A stretch of 46,724 bases of DNA from Chlamydiia bacterium (lineage in GTDB: Bacteria; Chlamydiota; Chlamydiia; Chlamydiales; FEN-1388). The notes beneath the pieces were generated by a model that was not told the DNA's origin, did no database searches, and saw only the letters and a program-made list of their open reading frames with translations. Location of the stretch: NCBI GenBank assembly GCA_903848235.1, contig CAINFV010000146.1:1-46724 (forward strand), in the 5' to 3' direction. Position 1 is the stretch's first letter; every line of letters starts with the position of its first letter. Of this stretch, positions 35,910 to 46,201 are shown piece after piece. A program made the position numbers and the translations under genes.

Positions 35910-38900
35910 ATGGCGTCGGTAGAGTATAGCCCGAGGCTCGCTACGAATCAACTTTTGACAATATTCCGTGATATTGAAAGCAAGGGTGTGTCAGAAGCTG
36001 ACATGAAAGCTGGGAAAATATTCCTTCGACATCAAGCTGCTGAAGGGCTGAAGTTTGAAAAGATCTCATTTTTCAAAGGCATTATTATCTGGTGGCGGGG
36101 AAAAAATGACTACAATTTTGAAAAAAATCTTTCTGTATTGCTGGATCTCTTCAATAGGTCTCTACAGGACATGAAAGGCGGGCTTGTCTCTCCTAAGGAA
36201 AAAGAACAGATTGTTGAATACGCAAATTATTATCAACGCTTAGTTGAGTCGTATGCGCAGAAGAAACTCAAGGGGGATCCTGGGGCGATTGGCAGCTTTG
36301 TTGACGAATATTCGATCGAAGCAGGGCTTTTTCAGAAATTGCAAGACATGGCAACAGGTCCAGATTTGGCAGAGCGCATGCTGTCGTGGAATGTATGTAA
36401 ATTTATCGATGACAGGCCTGATTTCAAAAAGGATCTTCAGAGACAGTTTCTTATCAAAGTCATGGTTTCTGATGATGTTTTGCACAATGCCATTCGATTA
36501 AATGACGTTAAGGATCGAATTACGGCCTTAGGGGCTGAAGTTCCTCAAGAACTGATAAAAGAGTATCAATCGTTAAGGCAGCAGTTTGGGGAGGTCTCTC
36601 TTCCCGCAGAGCCATTAGGGCCAATTGATTATGATGCAGATAGTTTTATTAAGGATTTTACACGAAGAGTTGAAATCGCCGAGGAGAGTCTAAGGATTTT
36701 TGAAGGTAAATTAGAAGGATTTAAAGACCTTGCAACCCTGGAACAGAGACGAAAGGCACTTTTAGCCGATGAGAGTCTAGGGAAGGCGTCTGAGGAAAAA
36801 CTAACGCTTCAACAAAGAAGATCCGAAGTTTCTAATCGCGTTGCGACTATTGAGCAGAGACAAAAAGATCTTTTAGCCGAAGTCCAGGCGGTTAACAGAC
36901 GAGCACAATCACTGAACGTGTCGGAGCTCCGTCCTGATGGCGCGATTGAAGTGTCCTTTACGCTGGATACTTCGCAAATGTCTTTGCAAGGTATGGATGA
37001 CATCGCGTCAGCGCTTGCGAGTCTTGAGGAAAGGCTGGCCGATCAAGCAGCAGCGATCAAAGCGAAGAGCGAAGAATTGGAAGCGGCGACCAAGAGTCGT
37101 GGCTTGAAAGTTGAAGCTGTTAAAGCTAGGGTCGGTCGTCTAGGCGAGGATATCAAGGGGCTGGAGAAGAGGGCAGCGCTCCTGAGGTCATTAGCATCAA
37201 GGCTTGGAAGCAAGGATGCTGAGAGTGTATTGAGTGAAATTTCGTTATTGCGAGCAGAATTCGATACAACGGAAAGCTCTTTAGCTCATCTGTCGACTGA
37301 AAATGTAGGAGAGGTGGAAAAACAGGCCGGGGCGTTGGAAGCTCGTGTTAAATCGAGTCAAGAAGGAGTGGAGAGGCTTTCGGAGGTTCTTGGGCAGGAA
37401 AGGAAAGCGCTAAATGCGAGATGGACGCAGGTTGGGCAGAGATATGAAGTAGCATTAAGTACGCTAAATGCTCGGCGTTTTACCATGGGGTATCAGCGGA
37501 CTTTAGGGGAATTTCTTGATAAACTTTCAGAAGCTCAACGAGCGCTAGGGGGCCTAGAGAGTCGACTTCAATCGATATATGGCCGCCGTGGCACTTTGGA
37601 TGAAGCGAAGTTATTAGATGTAGCGCGAGATGAGAGCGAACTTGGCGAAATTGAGCGAGGATTAGAAGCCCAAGGGGTAGTCTTTACGGAAATGGATGAA
37701 GATCTTGCGAGAAGACTGAGGACTGCTGAGGCAGAAGTTTTAAGGGGACTACAATCGGCTAATGTTGAGGGTGATCGTCTGAAGGCATCCATCACGGCGC
37801 TTGAAGAAAGAGAAAAAACAGACGGAGTGGCTGGAGAGGGTGTAAGTTCAGTATTAGCCTCAAGATGTGCTGCGGCTCGAAAAAGAATTCAACATGCGTT
37901 GTCACCCACCCCTGTTGTCCAAGAAACGCGGCCTCGAGCTTCTGGTCTACGACGAAGATATTTACACCCGTCAGGAGGGGGAGGGGAAGCGCGGCTAGAA
38001 GAAGAAAGGGCGCCTGCCGAGCCAGCCAATAAAGTACTCGCGGATTGTGAGGTAGAATTTGAGGCGTTGGCTAAACTGGTAAAGAGCCGTAATGCGGTGC
38101 TTGATACGCAGCGTGAAAAGAGTCGTGAAGCATTGCTGAGGCAGCAACAAGCTGTTCTCGCACAGTTAAGTATAGTTGAAGGAACTCTTACTGAAATTGA
38201 GGCAAGGGTTGATGCGTTAGGGAGTAGCACTGTCGTATTGGGCCAAGCTGATCCACTTCGTAAACAAATTAAAGACATTCGACAAGAAATCGCTAATGGT
38301 AGAAGACCGATTTCGGGTGAAAAACCTTCTTCTCAGGAAACCGTCGCTGAAGCTGAGGAATCGCTGAAGAGATGTAATCAGCAGATAAAAGATCTAGAGG
38401 CACAAGTTAAGGCGCGTGAACAGATGTTCGTCGTAAGTACATCATTCCAAGAGGTGCAACGACAACATGCCGCATTGCTTGCGAGTATTGAATCTCTCAA
38501 ACAGCGAGCCCAGAGAATTGGTTATGATGCTCTTCCCCGTGATTTCGGGGAATCAGTGCAGAGAGAGCCCCAAGCTGTGAAAATAATTCCGACTAGGCTT
38601 GCTCGGTTGATGTCGGCTGATGAAATACAAAGAGCCTCGGGGGCTCTTGAGTCTTGGAAGGCAACACTTCAAGAGCAAGGGCGTGTTGTCAGTGGTCTGG
38701 AGGCAATGGTAGGGAAATTCGCTGAAGGGAGCCGTATGAGTATTGTACGGCAGGCGACGGCCGTCAAAGAGAGGGCCGAGAAGGCCGGTTCTGATGAATC
38801 CCTGAAAACCTCCCTTCGTGGCCTTCAGGAACAAGCCCGAGATGAGAAAGAATTAGCCGCAGACACAGAAGAATTACAACGAGTTGGCATTAAAATTACC

Positions 38901-40181
38901 CAAGATGAAGCAAGACTGAGCGACCTTCGAGAGAAAACTGTGAGGTTAGCGGAGAGTGTGAAAGCCTGGGGAGCTTCACATCAAGGACCTGTGGCACAGA
39001 CAGTGTTTGAAAAAGCAAAAGCAGATGTCGATAGTTTTCTCGAAAATCTTGATGCTCCTGTCAAATCCAAAACAGTACGCGAGCTGACAGAGGAGGGTAT
39101 TGGGTTGTCGAGGCAATGCATCCCTCAGGCTCTAGATGCTGCGCTAAAAATAGAAGAGAGTCGGCAAGTACTTCTCCTGAGAGGGCAAAAGCTCGAGCCT
39201 GCATTTGCAGACATCCGTGAGCGTCTAGATAGCCTGGCTGCTATGCTCGAGGACGAGCGAGCGACAGCTGGTTGCAAAGTCCTGATGGCCCATGCTGACG
39301 AGGCGCGACAGTCTTTGGGGAGGGTACTTTCTGGTCCACCCTCTGACCTGAAACTATTTGAAGAGAAAATTTTACAGGCCGAACGTGATCTCAATGCTTT
39401 GAAAAAAGACGAAGAGGCTTTTATTGTTTCCATCTGGGGGGCTTGGGAAGGAAGGGTAAGGGAGTTGCTTGGTAAGGCGACGGCGTGTAATTTATCAAAG
39501 ATGATCCCCGGTATAAATCTAAAAGATTTTTTGAGTTTAAGTCGAGAAGACAGACACGCATATTTCGAACATGTGGCAAGGGTAGGTTCCTTGATAAAAA
39601 AACATGGAGCCCAGCTGAAGTTGATCCAAAAGTTTTTTGATACTGAGCTTTTTACTGTTGAAGATAAACGTCGCAACGGTTTGTCAGAATTGGCTTTAAC
39701 AGAATTTTGCCTTGGGTGTGAAGCGCTACAAATCTTGGAAGGTCCGTCTGTACAGGGAAGTAGAAAGAAAAACGAGCTCGATCCAGAAATCAAAGCCCTT
39801 CTCTTGGAAAAGAAGACAGCTGTTCTGGAGAGAGTGAACACTGTCTCGAAAAAGATCGTTGACTTCCGCAAGCGAATCGATATAGCAGGAAGAAGCTGCG
39901 AGGGAATCAAAAAACGTATCCCTCTTGGAGATCAAACTAAAACGGATCGAGAAAAAATCGAAGAGCTTTCAAATAGGTTAGTAAATATTGCCAAGAAGGC
40001 AAGGCTTGGTGCAAGTTTTGGATCTCATTCTTTTGTTCCTGCTTATGACGTCGGTCGTACTACTGAGCCAGAATTATTGAGTGCTTCGATAGATAGGCAT
40101 GCTCTCGAGGTGGCTAGTATCGAGAAGGATCTTCAAGCTTTATCCGGTAAATACCCAAGCAGGTCAGGGTCCCCTGTGTAA
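35910..40181 (+). CDS. 1423-aa orphan protein: ~230-aa N-terminal globular region followed by ~1200 aa of predicted coiled coil
   Basis: A good RBS (aggggg) precedes the ATG. The frame is long and uninterrupted, with E/K/R/L/A/Q-rich heptad-like sequence throughout. There is no TM segment, no signal peptide and no enzymatic motif I recognise. Confidence 0.8.
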   Translation: MASVEYSPRLATNQLLTIFRDIESKGVSEADMKAGKIFLRHQAAEGLKFEKISFFKGIIIWWRGKNDYNFEKNLSVLLDLFNRSLQDMKGGLVSPKEKEQIVEYANYYQRLVESYAQKKLKGDPGAIGSFVDEYSIEAGLFQKLQDMATGPDLAERMLSWNVCKFIDDRPDFKKDLQRQFLIKVMVSDDVLHNAIRLNDVKDRITALGAEVPQELIKEYQSLRQQFGEVSLPAEPLGPIDYDADSFIKDFTRRVEIAEESLRIFEGKLEGFKDLATLEQRRKALLADESLGKASEEKLTLQQRRSEVSNRVATIEQRQKDLLAEVQAVNRRAQSLNVSELRPDGAIEVSFTLDTSQMSLQGMDDIASALASLEERLADQAAAIKAKSEELEAATKSRGLKVEAVKARVGRLGEDIKGLEKRAALLRSLASRLGSKDAESVLSEISLLRAEFDTTESSLAHLSTENVGEVEKQAGALEARVKSSQEGVERLSEVLGQERKALNARWTQVGQRYEVALSTLNARRFTMGYQRTLGEFLDKLSEAQRALGGLESRLQSIYGRRGTLDEAKLLDVARDESELGEIERGLEAQGVVFTEMDEDLARRLRTAEAEVLRGLQSANVEGDRLKASITALEEREKTDGVAGEGVSSVLASRCAAARKRIQHALSPTPVVQETRPRASGLRRRYLHPSGGGGEARLEEERAPAEPANKVLADCEVEFEALAKLVKSRNAVLDTQREKSREALLRQQQAVLAQLSIVEGTLTEIEARVDALGSSTVVLGQADPLRKQIKDIRQEIANGRRPISGEKPSSQETVAEAEESLKRCNQQIKDLEAQVKAREQMFVVSTSFQEVQRQHAALLASIESLKQRAQRIGYDALPRDFGESVQREPQAVKIIPTRLARLMSADEIQRASGALESWKATLQEQGRVVSGLEAMVGKFAEGSRMSIVRQATAVKERAEKAGSDESLKTSLRGLQEQARDEKELAADTEELQRVGIKITQDEARLSDLREKTVRLAESVKAWGASHQGPVAQTVFEKAKADVDSFLENLDAPVKSKTVRELTEEGIGLSRQCIPQALDAALKIEESRQVLLLRGQKLEPAFADIRERLDSLAAMLEDERATAGCKVLMAHADEARQSLGRVLSGPPSDLKLFEEKILQAERDLNALKKDEEAFIVSIWGAWEGRVRELLGKATACNLSKMIPGINLKDFLSLSREDRHAYFEHVARVGSLIKKHGAQLKLIQKFFDTELFTVEDKRRNGLSELALTEFCLGCEALQILEGPSVQGSRKKNELDPEIKALLLEKKTAVLERVNTVSKKIVDFRKRIDIAGRSCEGIKKRIPLGDQTKTDREKIEELSNRLVNIAKKARLGASFGSHSFVPAYDVGRTTEPELLSASIDRHALEVASIEKDLQALSGKYPSRSGSPV

Positions 40182-40260
40182 GAGTTGACAAAATCTTGCT
40201 TTCTTGAAGCTTCCGCAGCAACTATACTGCTGTCTACATCCCACAAGGACATGACACTAT

Positions 40261-41412
40261 ATGCCTCTTTGCCTGATGCAGTCCCTTCCTGGGACTCAAT
40301 ATGCCCTCACCGATAGCCTTACTGTCGTCGTTCCCGATCCTTCCGCTGAACTGTCAGAACATGCCCCTGCTTCGTGCCGCAAAGAGGTGCGGGAGGGGAG
40401 AGCGGCGTGGCATACCGATAGCCGGCTCCCACAGGAAGGGGAGGTGTTTTCGTATGAGACGCTATCGGGGATGTGCAAGGCGTGGAGAGAGAGCGGGGTC
40501 TTTTCCTTTATAGAGGTCGGGTTGAGTGGGAAGATTGGTGCAGAAGAAAAAGCTCATCTGCATCGCCTCAAGCAGGTGGCAGATTGGCTTATTCTGGATG
40601 CTTCGTGTGAGATTCCGTCCGTATCAGGGGCTCTCCACATTGAATCGTGGGGCTATCTAGCACAGCAGATGAAGGAGATTGGCAAGAAGGTAGGGCTTCG
40701 CCTAGCCATTGATGGCCAGCTTCCCAATAGCATTCTCTTCCCATGGATTGCCAAGGTCGCTCTCGAGCTAGGGGCCCCAGGCTTTCTCTGTATCGAAGGA
40801 GAGTCGATAGACCGGTGTGTGGCAATTGTGCAAGGCGTCCAGGATATCCTCTCTGCCCACCCTCTGTCGAAAGATTCTGCACGCCTTATCCCTGCCCTCA
40901 GAACCTCTTCATATGCAATCGGTAAGAGTGAATATGAGGTTATTGACTTCTCAGCACTCGACGCGCTGCTGATTGAGTCGTGCCGCCCGTTTTTCGGAGG
41001 CGTGGCCATTCGGCATAAAAAATGCGAGAAGCTGTTCGGACTTTCCTTATGGCAGACGGTTCTGACGATGATCGCGCAGAAGCGCTCTGCATCGTCATGC
41101 CTGGCGTCTTCGGCTCATAGAGGATTTATCCCTAACGAGCTGCGGGCGCCTCTTGCCAGGGGCATGTATGATCTGCTGCTGTGGCTGTCACAAGAAGACC
41201 TGACGAAGATTGCACGGGAGATACGTATTCTTGAGGAAACATGGAACCGTTGTGCGCGAGAGATCTTTCAGGCTGATGATCAGACGGGTGCGTTGAAGGC
41301 GAGGATCAGCTCCTTGCTCGAACAGAGCAAGAGTGTGATAGAAAAATGCGGAGGAGCTGTCGCCCCCAGACCGTCGATCATAGGGTCTTTTTTCAGCTCG
41401 ATGAGTATGTAA
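40261..41412 (+). CDS. Hypothetical 383-aa protein
   Basis: The ORF has coding-like composition and is followed by a strong hairpin at 41424-41469. The alternating beta/alpha-like central part (FIEVGLSGK..., GFLCIEGES...) hints at a barrel fold, but I recognise no family. Confidence 0.6.
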   Translation: MPLCLMQSLPGTQYALTDSLTVVVPDPSAELSEHAPASCRKEVREGRAAWHTDSRLPQEGEVFSYETLSGMCKAWRESGVFSFIEVGLSGKIGAEEKAHLHRLKQVADWLILDASCEIPSVSGALHIESWGYLAQQMKEIGKKVGLRLAIDGQLPNSILFPWIAKVALELGAPGFLCIEGESIDRCVAIVQGVQDILSAHPLSKDSARLIPALRTSSYAIGKSEYEVIDFSALDALLIESCRPFFGGVAIRHKKCEKLFGLSLWQTVLTMIAQKRSASSCLASSAHRGFIPNELRAPLARGMYDLLLWLSQEDLTKIAREIRILEETWNRCAREIFQADDQTGALKARISSLLEQSKSVIEKCGGAVAPRPSIIGSFFSSMSM

Positions 41413-41423
41413 TCTAACGAAGA

Positions 41424-41469
41424 GAAGAAAAGAGGTGCTCTTTTTTGCAAAAGAGCACCTCTTTTCTTC
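41424..41469. terminator. Bidirectional terminator between convergent orphan genes
   Basis: gaagaaaagaggtgctctttt (41424-41444) and aaaagagcacctcttttcttc (41449-41469) form a perfect 21-bp stem with a 4-nt loop. A/T runs lie on both sides within the stem ends. Confidence 0.7.
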
Positions 41470-41487
41470 GTAAGGAAGCAGCGCGTA

Positions 41488-43071
41488 CTATTGCTGTTGC
41501 GCTATGAAGGCAGCCCGCAGGACTCCTTCTTGGTCGAGACTTTCAAGGGTGGTCCACCTTTCAAGCAGGGCCTCGATCGCTGCACTAGCAGGCCCCCCGT
41601 CTTCTTTTCCCTCAAGGCAAGCGACAAATCGCCGACGGTCGGCAGGCGTGAGCTTGAAGAGATCTATCTGGAACTCTGCAAGAGAGTCCATGAAGGTCTT
41701 GTGGCTTGGATCAATGATGTTTACAAGAAGGTTGTGGAAGACTGTTGGGCATTGTTCGCGCAGAGCTGGGAAGATTCTGGTGTCAAGGTTGTCAACAAGA
41801 TGTGCCTGAACCGTGGGTATGAGGAAAGGAATAAGGGCTGGCGCCATGTTGAGGATAGGGAAGAAGGAGGGGAGCATAGTGCGAAGATAGTCTGTCATAA
41901 ACTCAAGCGCTGCTCTTCGCTCTTCACGTTCTGGTGGGGCGAACTTCGAAATATACTCTTCTACGTGTTGTTGTGCCCTTGTAATGAGCTCTGTGCTGGA
42001 CAGCTGCGCCCCCCATAGCTCAGGGTGGTTTAGCTGTGCTGCGGGGATAGCGCTAAAAAGAACCTTGGCAAGGTCAACGATTTCAGGAAGCAGAGGCGGG
42101 ACGATGTCCTGCACCATCATCCTGGAGAGGACATTCCCGATTTTTAGAGTTTCTTCCATCGAGGGGGGCTCCTTTCTCATGAATGCTTCTAATTTTGCAG
42201 TCCCTTCAAAATCAGTACGCTGCTTTTTGTGCGCTGGCTCTGAAGCGGGTAATTCGTCTTTTTCTTGCTTAGGAATCTGTAGAGAGATCCCATGGCTTTT
42301 CAGAAGGCTTGTTAGCTGCTTTTTCATCTCACGTGCCGTTGACGTTCCTGCTTTAGATTGCAGAGTTGCCCACTGAAGGGCAAGAGATTGCACGCGGCCA
42401 TTTGGGCTTGGTATATTGCCGAAGAGCTGCTGTGCAAGCTGTGTCAGTTGTGGCAAGGAGAGGGTAGCGACAGCCTGATGGAATCCCTCTATAGCCTCTA
42501 TGAGCTCCAGCCGCTGTGGGTTGAAAATGAGGAGTATATTATGGAGGTTATGCGGGGCTGTTGCGTGTAGATCTTTTAGCGCAGCTTCCAGGGTCTCATC
42601 GGCGATAACCGCTGATTGGACCGTGCTCTTGCCGCCTAGAATCGGGAACCCACGGGCCATCAGCGCCTGGGTGAAGAAGTTTAAGAGCGACTCTCGGTCT
42701 GTTCGAGCACCAGGAGTTGTAAAGCGACGTAAGTAGCTAGCTACTGCAGCATCTCCTACCTCTGCTGGCTGAAAAAAGCGAGCGGCGATTGCCGCGATGA
42801 TTCTTCGCTCATACCCTTGGAGTAGCTGCGTTGCCGCGGCTTCTTCTTGAGGAGAGACTTCCATGCCATCTTCACATGCTTTTGGCACGACGACATTGAC
42901 GACATGGCTTCCTAAGAGTGATCGCAACTGACGAGGGGTCTCTTTTTGGAGTACTAGCTGGAAAATCTGCGCTTGCGCGCGAGAAGGCAGTGCGGAGAAG
43001 GAAACTGGCTGCTGGGGTGCGCCAGGAAGAGTAGGGTATGGAGCGGCAGGAGATGCGTCTTTTGATATCAT
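41488..43071 (-). CDS. Hypothetical 527-aa all-helical protein with a Pro-rich, disordered N-terminus
   Basis: Long ORF that ends at the shared hairpin. The N-terminus is MISKDASPAAPYPTLPGAPQQPVSFSALPS. I recognise no family. Confidence 0.65.
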   Translation of the reverse strand: MISKDASPAAPYPTLPGAPQQPVSFSALPSRAQAQIFQLVLQKETPRQLRSLLGSHVVNVVVPKACEDGMEVSPQEEAAATQLLQGYERRIIAAIAARFFQPAEVGDAAVASYLRRFTTPGARTDRESLLNFFTQALMARGFPILGGKSTVQSAVIADETLEAALKDLHATAPHNLHNILLIFNPQRLELIEAIEGFHQAVATLSLPQLTQLAQQLFGNIPSPNGRVQSLALQWATLQSKAGTSTAREMKKQLTSLLKSHGISLQIPKQEKDELPASEPAHKKQRTDFEGTAKLEAFMRKEPPSMEETLKIGNVLSRMMVQDIVPPLLPEIVDLAKVLFSAIPAAQLNHPELWGAQLSSTELITRAQQHVEEYISKFAPPEREERRAALEFMTDYLRTMLPSFFPILNMAPALIPFLIPTVQAHLVDNLDTRIFPALREQCPTVFHNLLVNIIDPSHKTFMDSLAEFQIDLFKLTPADRRRFVACLEGKEDGGPASAAIEALLERWTTLESLDQEGVLRAAFIAQQQ

Positions 43072-43167
43072 TATGGGACCTATTTGCTAATTTGGTTTAA
43101 CAATGGTTCTCTCTCTGTCTTTTTTGATTATGCATAATTGATGGATTTTCGCTATGGGTTTTTAAAT

Positions 43168-43323
43168 CCGCCATTGCACAATTTTTGGACCCATATTCGA
43201 GGGAGAAGCAACCTACAGCGTAATGAATTTCGAAGAGATAAGTATTTTTACCCTTCCTGAGAAATTCATTTAGCTGTGGAAAGCTTCTCGCCGAAGATAG
43301 GTCCAAAAATTGTGCAAAGGCGG
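43168..43323. repeat. ~156-bp imperfect palindromic element between valS and the 527-aa gene
   Basis: Arms ccgccattgcacaatttttggacc (43168-43191) and ggtccaaaaattgtgcaaaggcgg (43300-43323) match in 23 of 24 positions. Pairing continues inward (gagaagc/gcttctc, aatgaatttc/gaaattcatt). Confidence 0.8.
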
Positions 43324-43340
43324 GTTAACCCGCCTTTTTC
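43319..43340 (-). terminator. Probable valS terminator, overlapping the right arm of the palindromic element
   Basis: The palindrome ggcgggttaacccgcc (43319-43334) lies 11 nt after the valS stop. On the minus strand it is followed by tttgcacaattttt. Confidence 0.6.
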
Positions 43341-43345
43341 TGACG

Positions 43346-46201
43346 TCACATTCCCTGTAGAAGGCTGAGCTGCTGCTCCATCACCTCGCGATCACGCCGC
43401 TGTTGGTCGATCGAAATCTGGAGCTTTTCGATTACCTCAGCAGGCGCCTTGCCGCTGACAGACAGCTTGTCGTACTGCGCTTGTGTTTTTTCAGCAGATG
43501 CTCGAGCCTTTTCAAGAGCCTTTTTCAACCGAAGCGTCTCCTGTTCACGCATCTCCGTTGGTAGAGGAACGAAGAGTTCGAGGTCGTTTATCGGCGCTCG
43601 GCTGGCAAGCTGTATGGTCGCAGGAGCTGTTGTGACATAGGCAACAGTATTCATCTTTACAAGAGAACGCAGAAGTCGTTCATTATCAGAGATGAGCTTT
43701 TGTGTTGCAGAAGGTACAGAGCCAATGACATACAGGTCGCAGGCAGTGCCAGGAGAAATCTTCATCTCACCGCGAATGGCTCTGACGGTCAGCAGCACCT
43801 GTTGGAGCTGCATAAACTGCTCTTCTACCTGTTGTGACTCATCAGCAGCTTGCGGTGTAGGATAGGATGTCTGGCAGAGGACCTCTCTTTGTAAGCTTTC
43901 AAGAGCATCGCGAATTCGGGGTGAGTGGCACATCTGAGGCTGAAGCATGCCAAAGTGCTCTTTGAGAATCACAAACAGCTCGTCGGTGATATAAGGAGCA
44001 AAGGGATGGAGTAGCTTAATGGTGTCCAGGAGAAGGACGAGGCAGAGCGCTTGCTTCGTTGTGCGAAGGGTTTTTGGCGCTGACGATGAAAAGGCAGACT
44101 TTGACATCTCTATATAAAAGGCGCAGAACTCATTCCAGAAAAACTCATAGACAGCAGTCGTTGCTTTATCGAAGGCATATTTTTCAAGGGACTGGACGAT
44201 CTTCGCTGTTGTCTTCGAAAACCGTGAGAGGATCCATTGATCTTCTAAAGAGAGGTCATCGAGGGTGCAGGCGTACAGATCTTCTTTTGTCAGCGAGGCT
44301 TCAGGAGCTTCTTCTGAAAAAAGCTTGCTCAGGACAAAGCGAGCGCCATTCCATACTTTATTGATAAAGTGTTGATACTCCTCAAACCGCCGACGGTCGA
44401 GCTCAATGATACTCGCATCGGTAGTCACAGCGGCGAGGGCAAGGCGCATGGCATCAGCACCATATTCGTCGATGATCTCCATAGGGTCTATGACATTTCC
44501 CTTAGACTTAGACATCTTTTCCCAGCGGGACTTGACGTCTGACGGAACTGGCGTCTTCCCAAGGTCATACTCTTTTTTCTCTTCTGGGGTGACATAGACA
44601 ACGCCAACCTTCTCGTCTTCTCTCCAATAGGATTTTCCGTAGATAAGGCCGTGGAGAAACGTCTCGTAGAAAGGTTGTTTGCCGAGGGCAAAATGGCTCA
44701 TCATGATCATCCTCGCTACCCAGAAGAAGAGGATGTCGTGGCCGGTAATGAGGGTGCTCGTTGGAAAAAACTTTGCCATCTCTGGGGTGTTTTCAGGCCA
44801 GCCAAGAGTTGACATTGGCCATATGCCAGCTGAAAACCATGTGTCAAGGACATCGGGGTCTTGTATCCATAGGTGAGGGTCTTTTTTTACCTCTTCAGGC
44901 TCTCCTTCCCCTTCATGGCAGACGAGGATTTCAGGGTTGTCGATGCGATACCAGACAGGAATGCGGTGGCCCCACCAGAGCTGCCGGCTGATGCACCAGT
45001 CACGAAGATTGTCGATCCATTGAAAGTAGGTGGACTCCCATGAAGCAGGAGAGAGCGCGACTTTTTTCGTGACAACGTAGTCGGTGAGCGCCTCTTTGAA
45101 GGCGCTTAGCCTGACAAACCATTGCTGTGACAGCATCGGCTCAATGGTGGCCTTGGAACGATATGAGACGCCAACGCGATTTTGATGGGGTTCGATCTTT
45201 TCGAGGACGCCAAGTGATCGTAGCTCTTTGACAACGGCATCTCGGGCCTCGAGGACTGTCATTCCTACAAAGCGTCCGCCCTCTTCGTTGATCTTCCCAT
45301 CTTTTGTGAGGATGTTGATCATTGGCAGGCCGCGCCGTTGTGCCAGCTGATAGTCGCATGGGTCATGGGCTGGGGTGATTTTCACAACGCCAGTGCCAAA
45401 TTGCGGATCGACAAATTCATCGGCGACGATGGGGATGCGCCTCCCGGTGATCGGATGATCTACCTCCTTGCCAATAAGATGGTGGTAGCGTGTGTCGTGA
45501 GGGTGGACAGCGACGGCGGTGTCGCCGAGCATGGTCTCAGGGCGCGTCGTAGCGACGAAGATACAGGTGTTCTCACCGACGATAGGGTAGCGGATGGTCC
45601 ATAGAAACCCTTGTCGGTCTTCGTATTCTACCTCATCATCGGCAAGTGCTGTGCCAGTAACAGGATCCCAGTTGACCAGGTAGTTTCCTCGATATATCAG
45701 CCCATGGTCGAAGAGCTTTTTAAACATATGTCGGACGCTTTTCGAGCACTGCTCATCCATGGTAAATCGCAGGCGCTTCCAGTCGCAGCAGGCGCCTATA
45801 GCACGAACTTGACTGAGAATTCGATCCTGGCTTTTTTGTTTCCAATCCCAGATATGGCCGAGAAACTCCTCACGAGAAAATTCTAGACGATGTTTGCCGG
45901 TTGTTTTCAGCAGATGGCGTTCGACGACGGTTTGGGTGGCAATTCCAGCATGGTCCGTCCCTGGCATCCAGAGGGTTTCAAAGCCGGACATCTTTTTCCA
46001 GCGAACGAGGATATCCTGGAGCGTGGTGTCGAGGGCGTGGCCCATATGAAGGGTGCCTGTGACATTCGGCGGCGGCATCATCACGCAGAAGGGAGGCTTG
46101 TTCGATGCGGGGTTGGCATGAAAAACGCCGCTTTTGTTCCATATCTCAGGCCATTTCTTTTCTACGTCACGTGCTATATATGCTGAAGGAAGCTCTCTCA
46201 T
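43346..46201 (-). CDS. valS: Valine--tRNA ligase
   Basis: PPPNVTGTLHMGHA (HIGH motif), KMSKSKGNV (KMSKS motif), a CP1 editing domain and a C-terminal coiled coil. 951 aa. Confidence 0.97.
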   Translation of the reverse strand: MRELPSAYIARDVEKKWPEIWNKSGVFHANPASNKPPFCVMMPPPNVTGTLHMGHALDTTLQDILVRWKKMSGFETLWMPGTDHAGIATQTVVERHLLKTTGKHRLEFSREEFLGHIWDWKQKSQDRILSQVRAIGACCDWKRLRFTMDEQCSKSVRHMFKKLFDHGLIYRGNYLVNWDPVTGTALADDEVEYEDRQGFLWTIRYPIVGENTCIFVATTRPETMLGDTAVAVHPHDTRYHHLIGKEVDHPITGRRIPIVADEFVDPQFGTGVVKITPAHDPCDYQLAQRRGLPMINILTKDGKINEEGGRFVGMTVLEARDAVVKELRSLGVLEKIEPHQNRVGVSYRSKATIEPMLSQQWFVRLSAFKEALTDYVVTKKVALSPASWESTYFQWIDNLRDWCISRQLWWGHRIPVWYRIDNPEILVCHEGEGEPEEVKKDPHLWIQDPDVLDTWFSAGIWPMSTLGWPENTPEMAKFFPTSTLITGHDILFFWVARMIMMSHFALGKQPFYETFLHGLIYGKSYWREDEKVGVVYVTPEEKKEYDLGKTPVPSDVKSRWEKMSKSKGNVIDPMEIIDEYGADAMRLALAAVTTDASIIELDRRRFEEYQHFINKVWNGARFVLSKLFSEEAPEASLTKEDLYACTLDDLSLEDQWILSRFSKTTAKIVQSLEKYAFDKATTAVYEFFWNEFCAFYIEMSKSAFSSSAPKTLRTTKQALCLVLLLDTIKLLHPFAPYITDELFVILKEHFGMLQPQMCHSPRIRDALESLQREVLCQTSYPTPQAADESQQVEEQFMQLQQVLLTVRAIRGEMKISPGTACDLYVIGSVPSATQKLISDNERLLRSLVKMNTVAYVTTAPATIQLASRAPINDLELFVPLPTEMREQETLRLKKALEKARASAEKTQAQYDKLSVSGKAPAEVIEKLQISIDQQRRDREVMEQQLSLLQGM

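Noticed and set aside
39125-39910. 261-aa minus-strand ORF inside the coiled-coil giant. Comparable long antisense ORFs are 19172-19744, 23489-24040, 26857-27399, 8830-9312, 17111-17521 and 30707-31084.
   Set aside because: All lie antisense to confidently identified genes. They are Ser/Phe/Leu/Arg-rich mirror-frame artefacts without start signals.
43097-43306. 69-aa minus-strand ORF between valS and the 527-aa gene
   Set aside because: It lies almost entirely within the palindromic element, with no RBS and no recognisable sequence.
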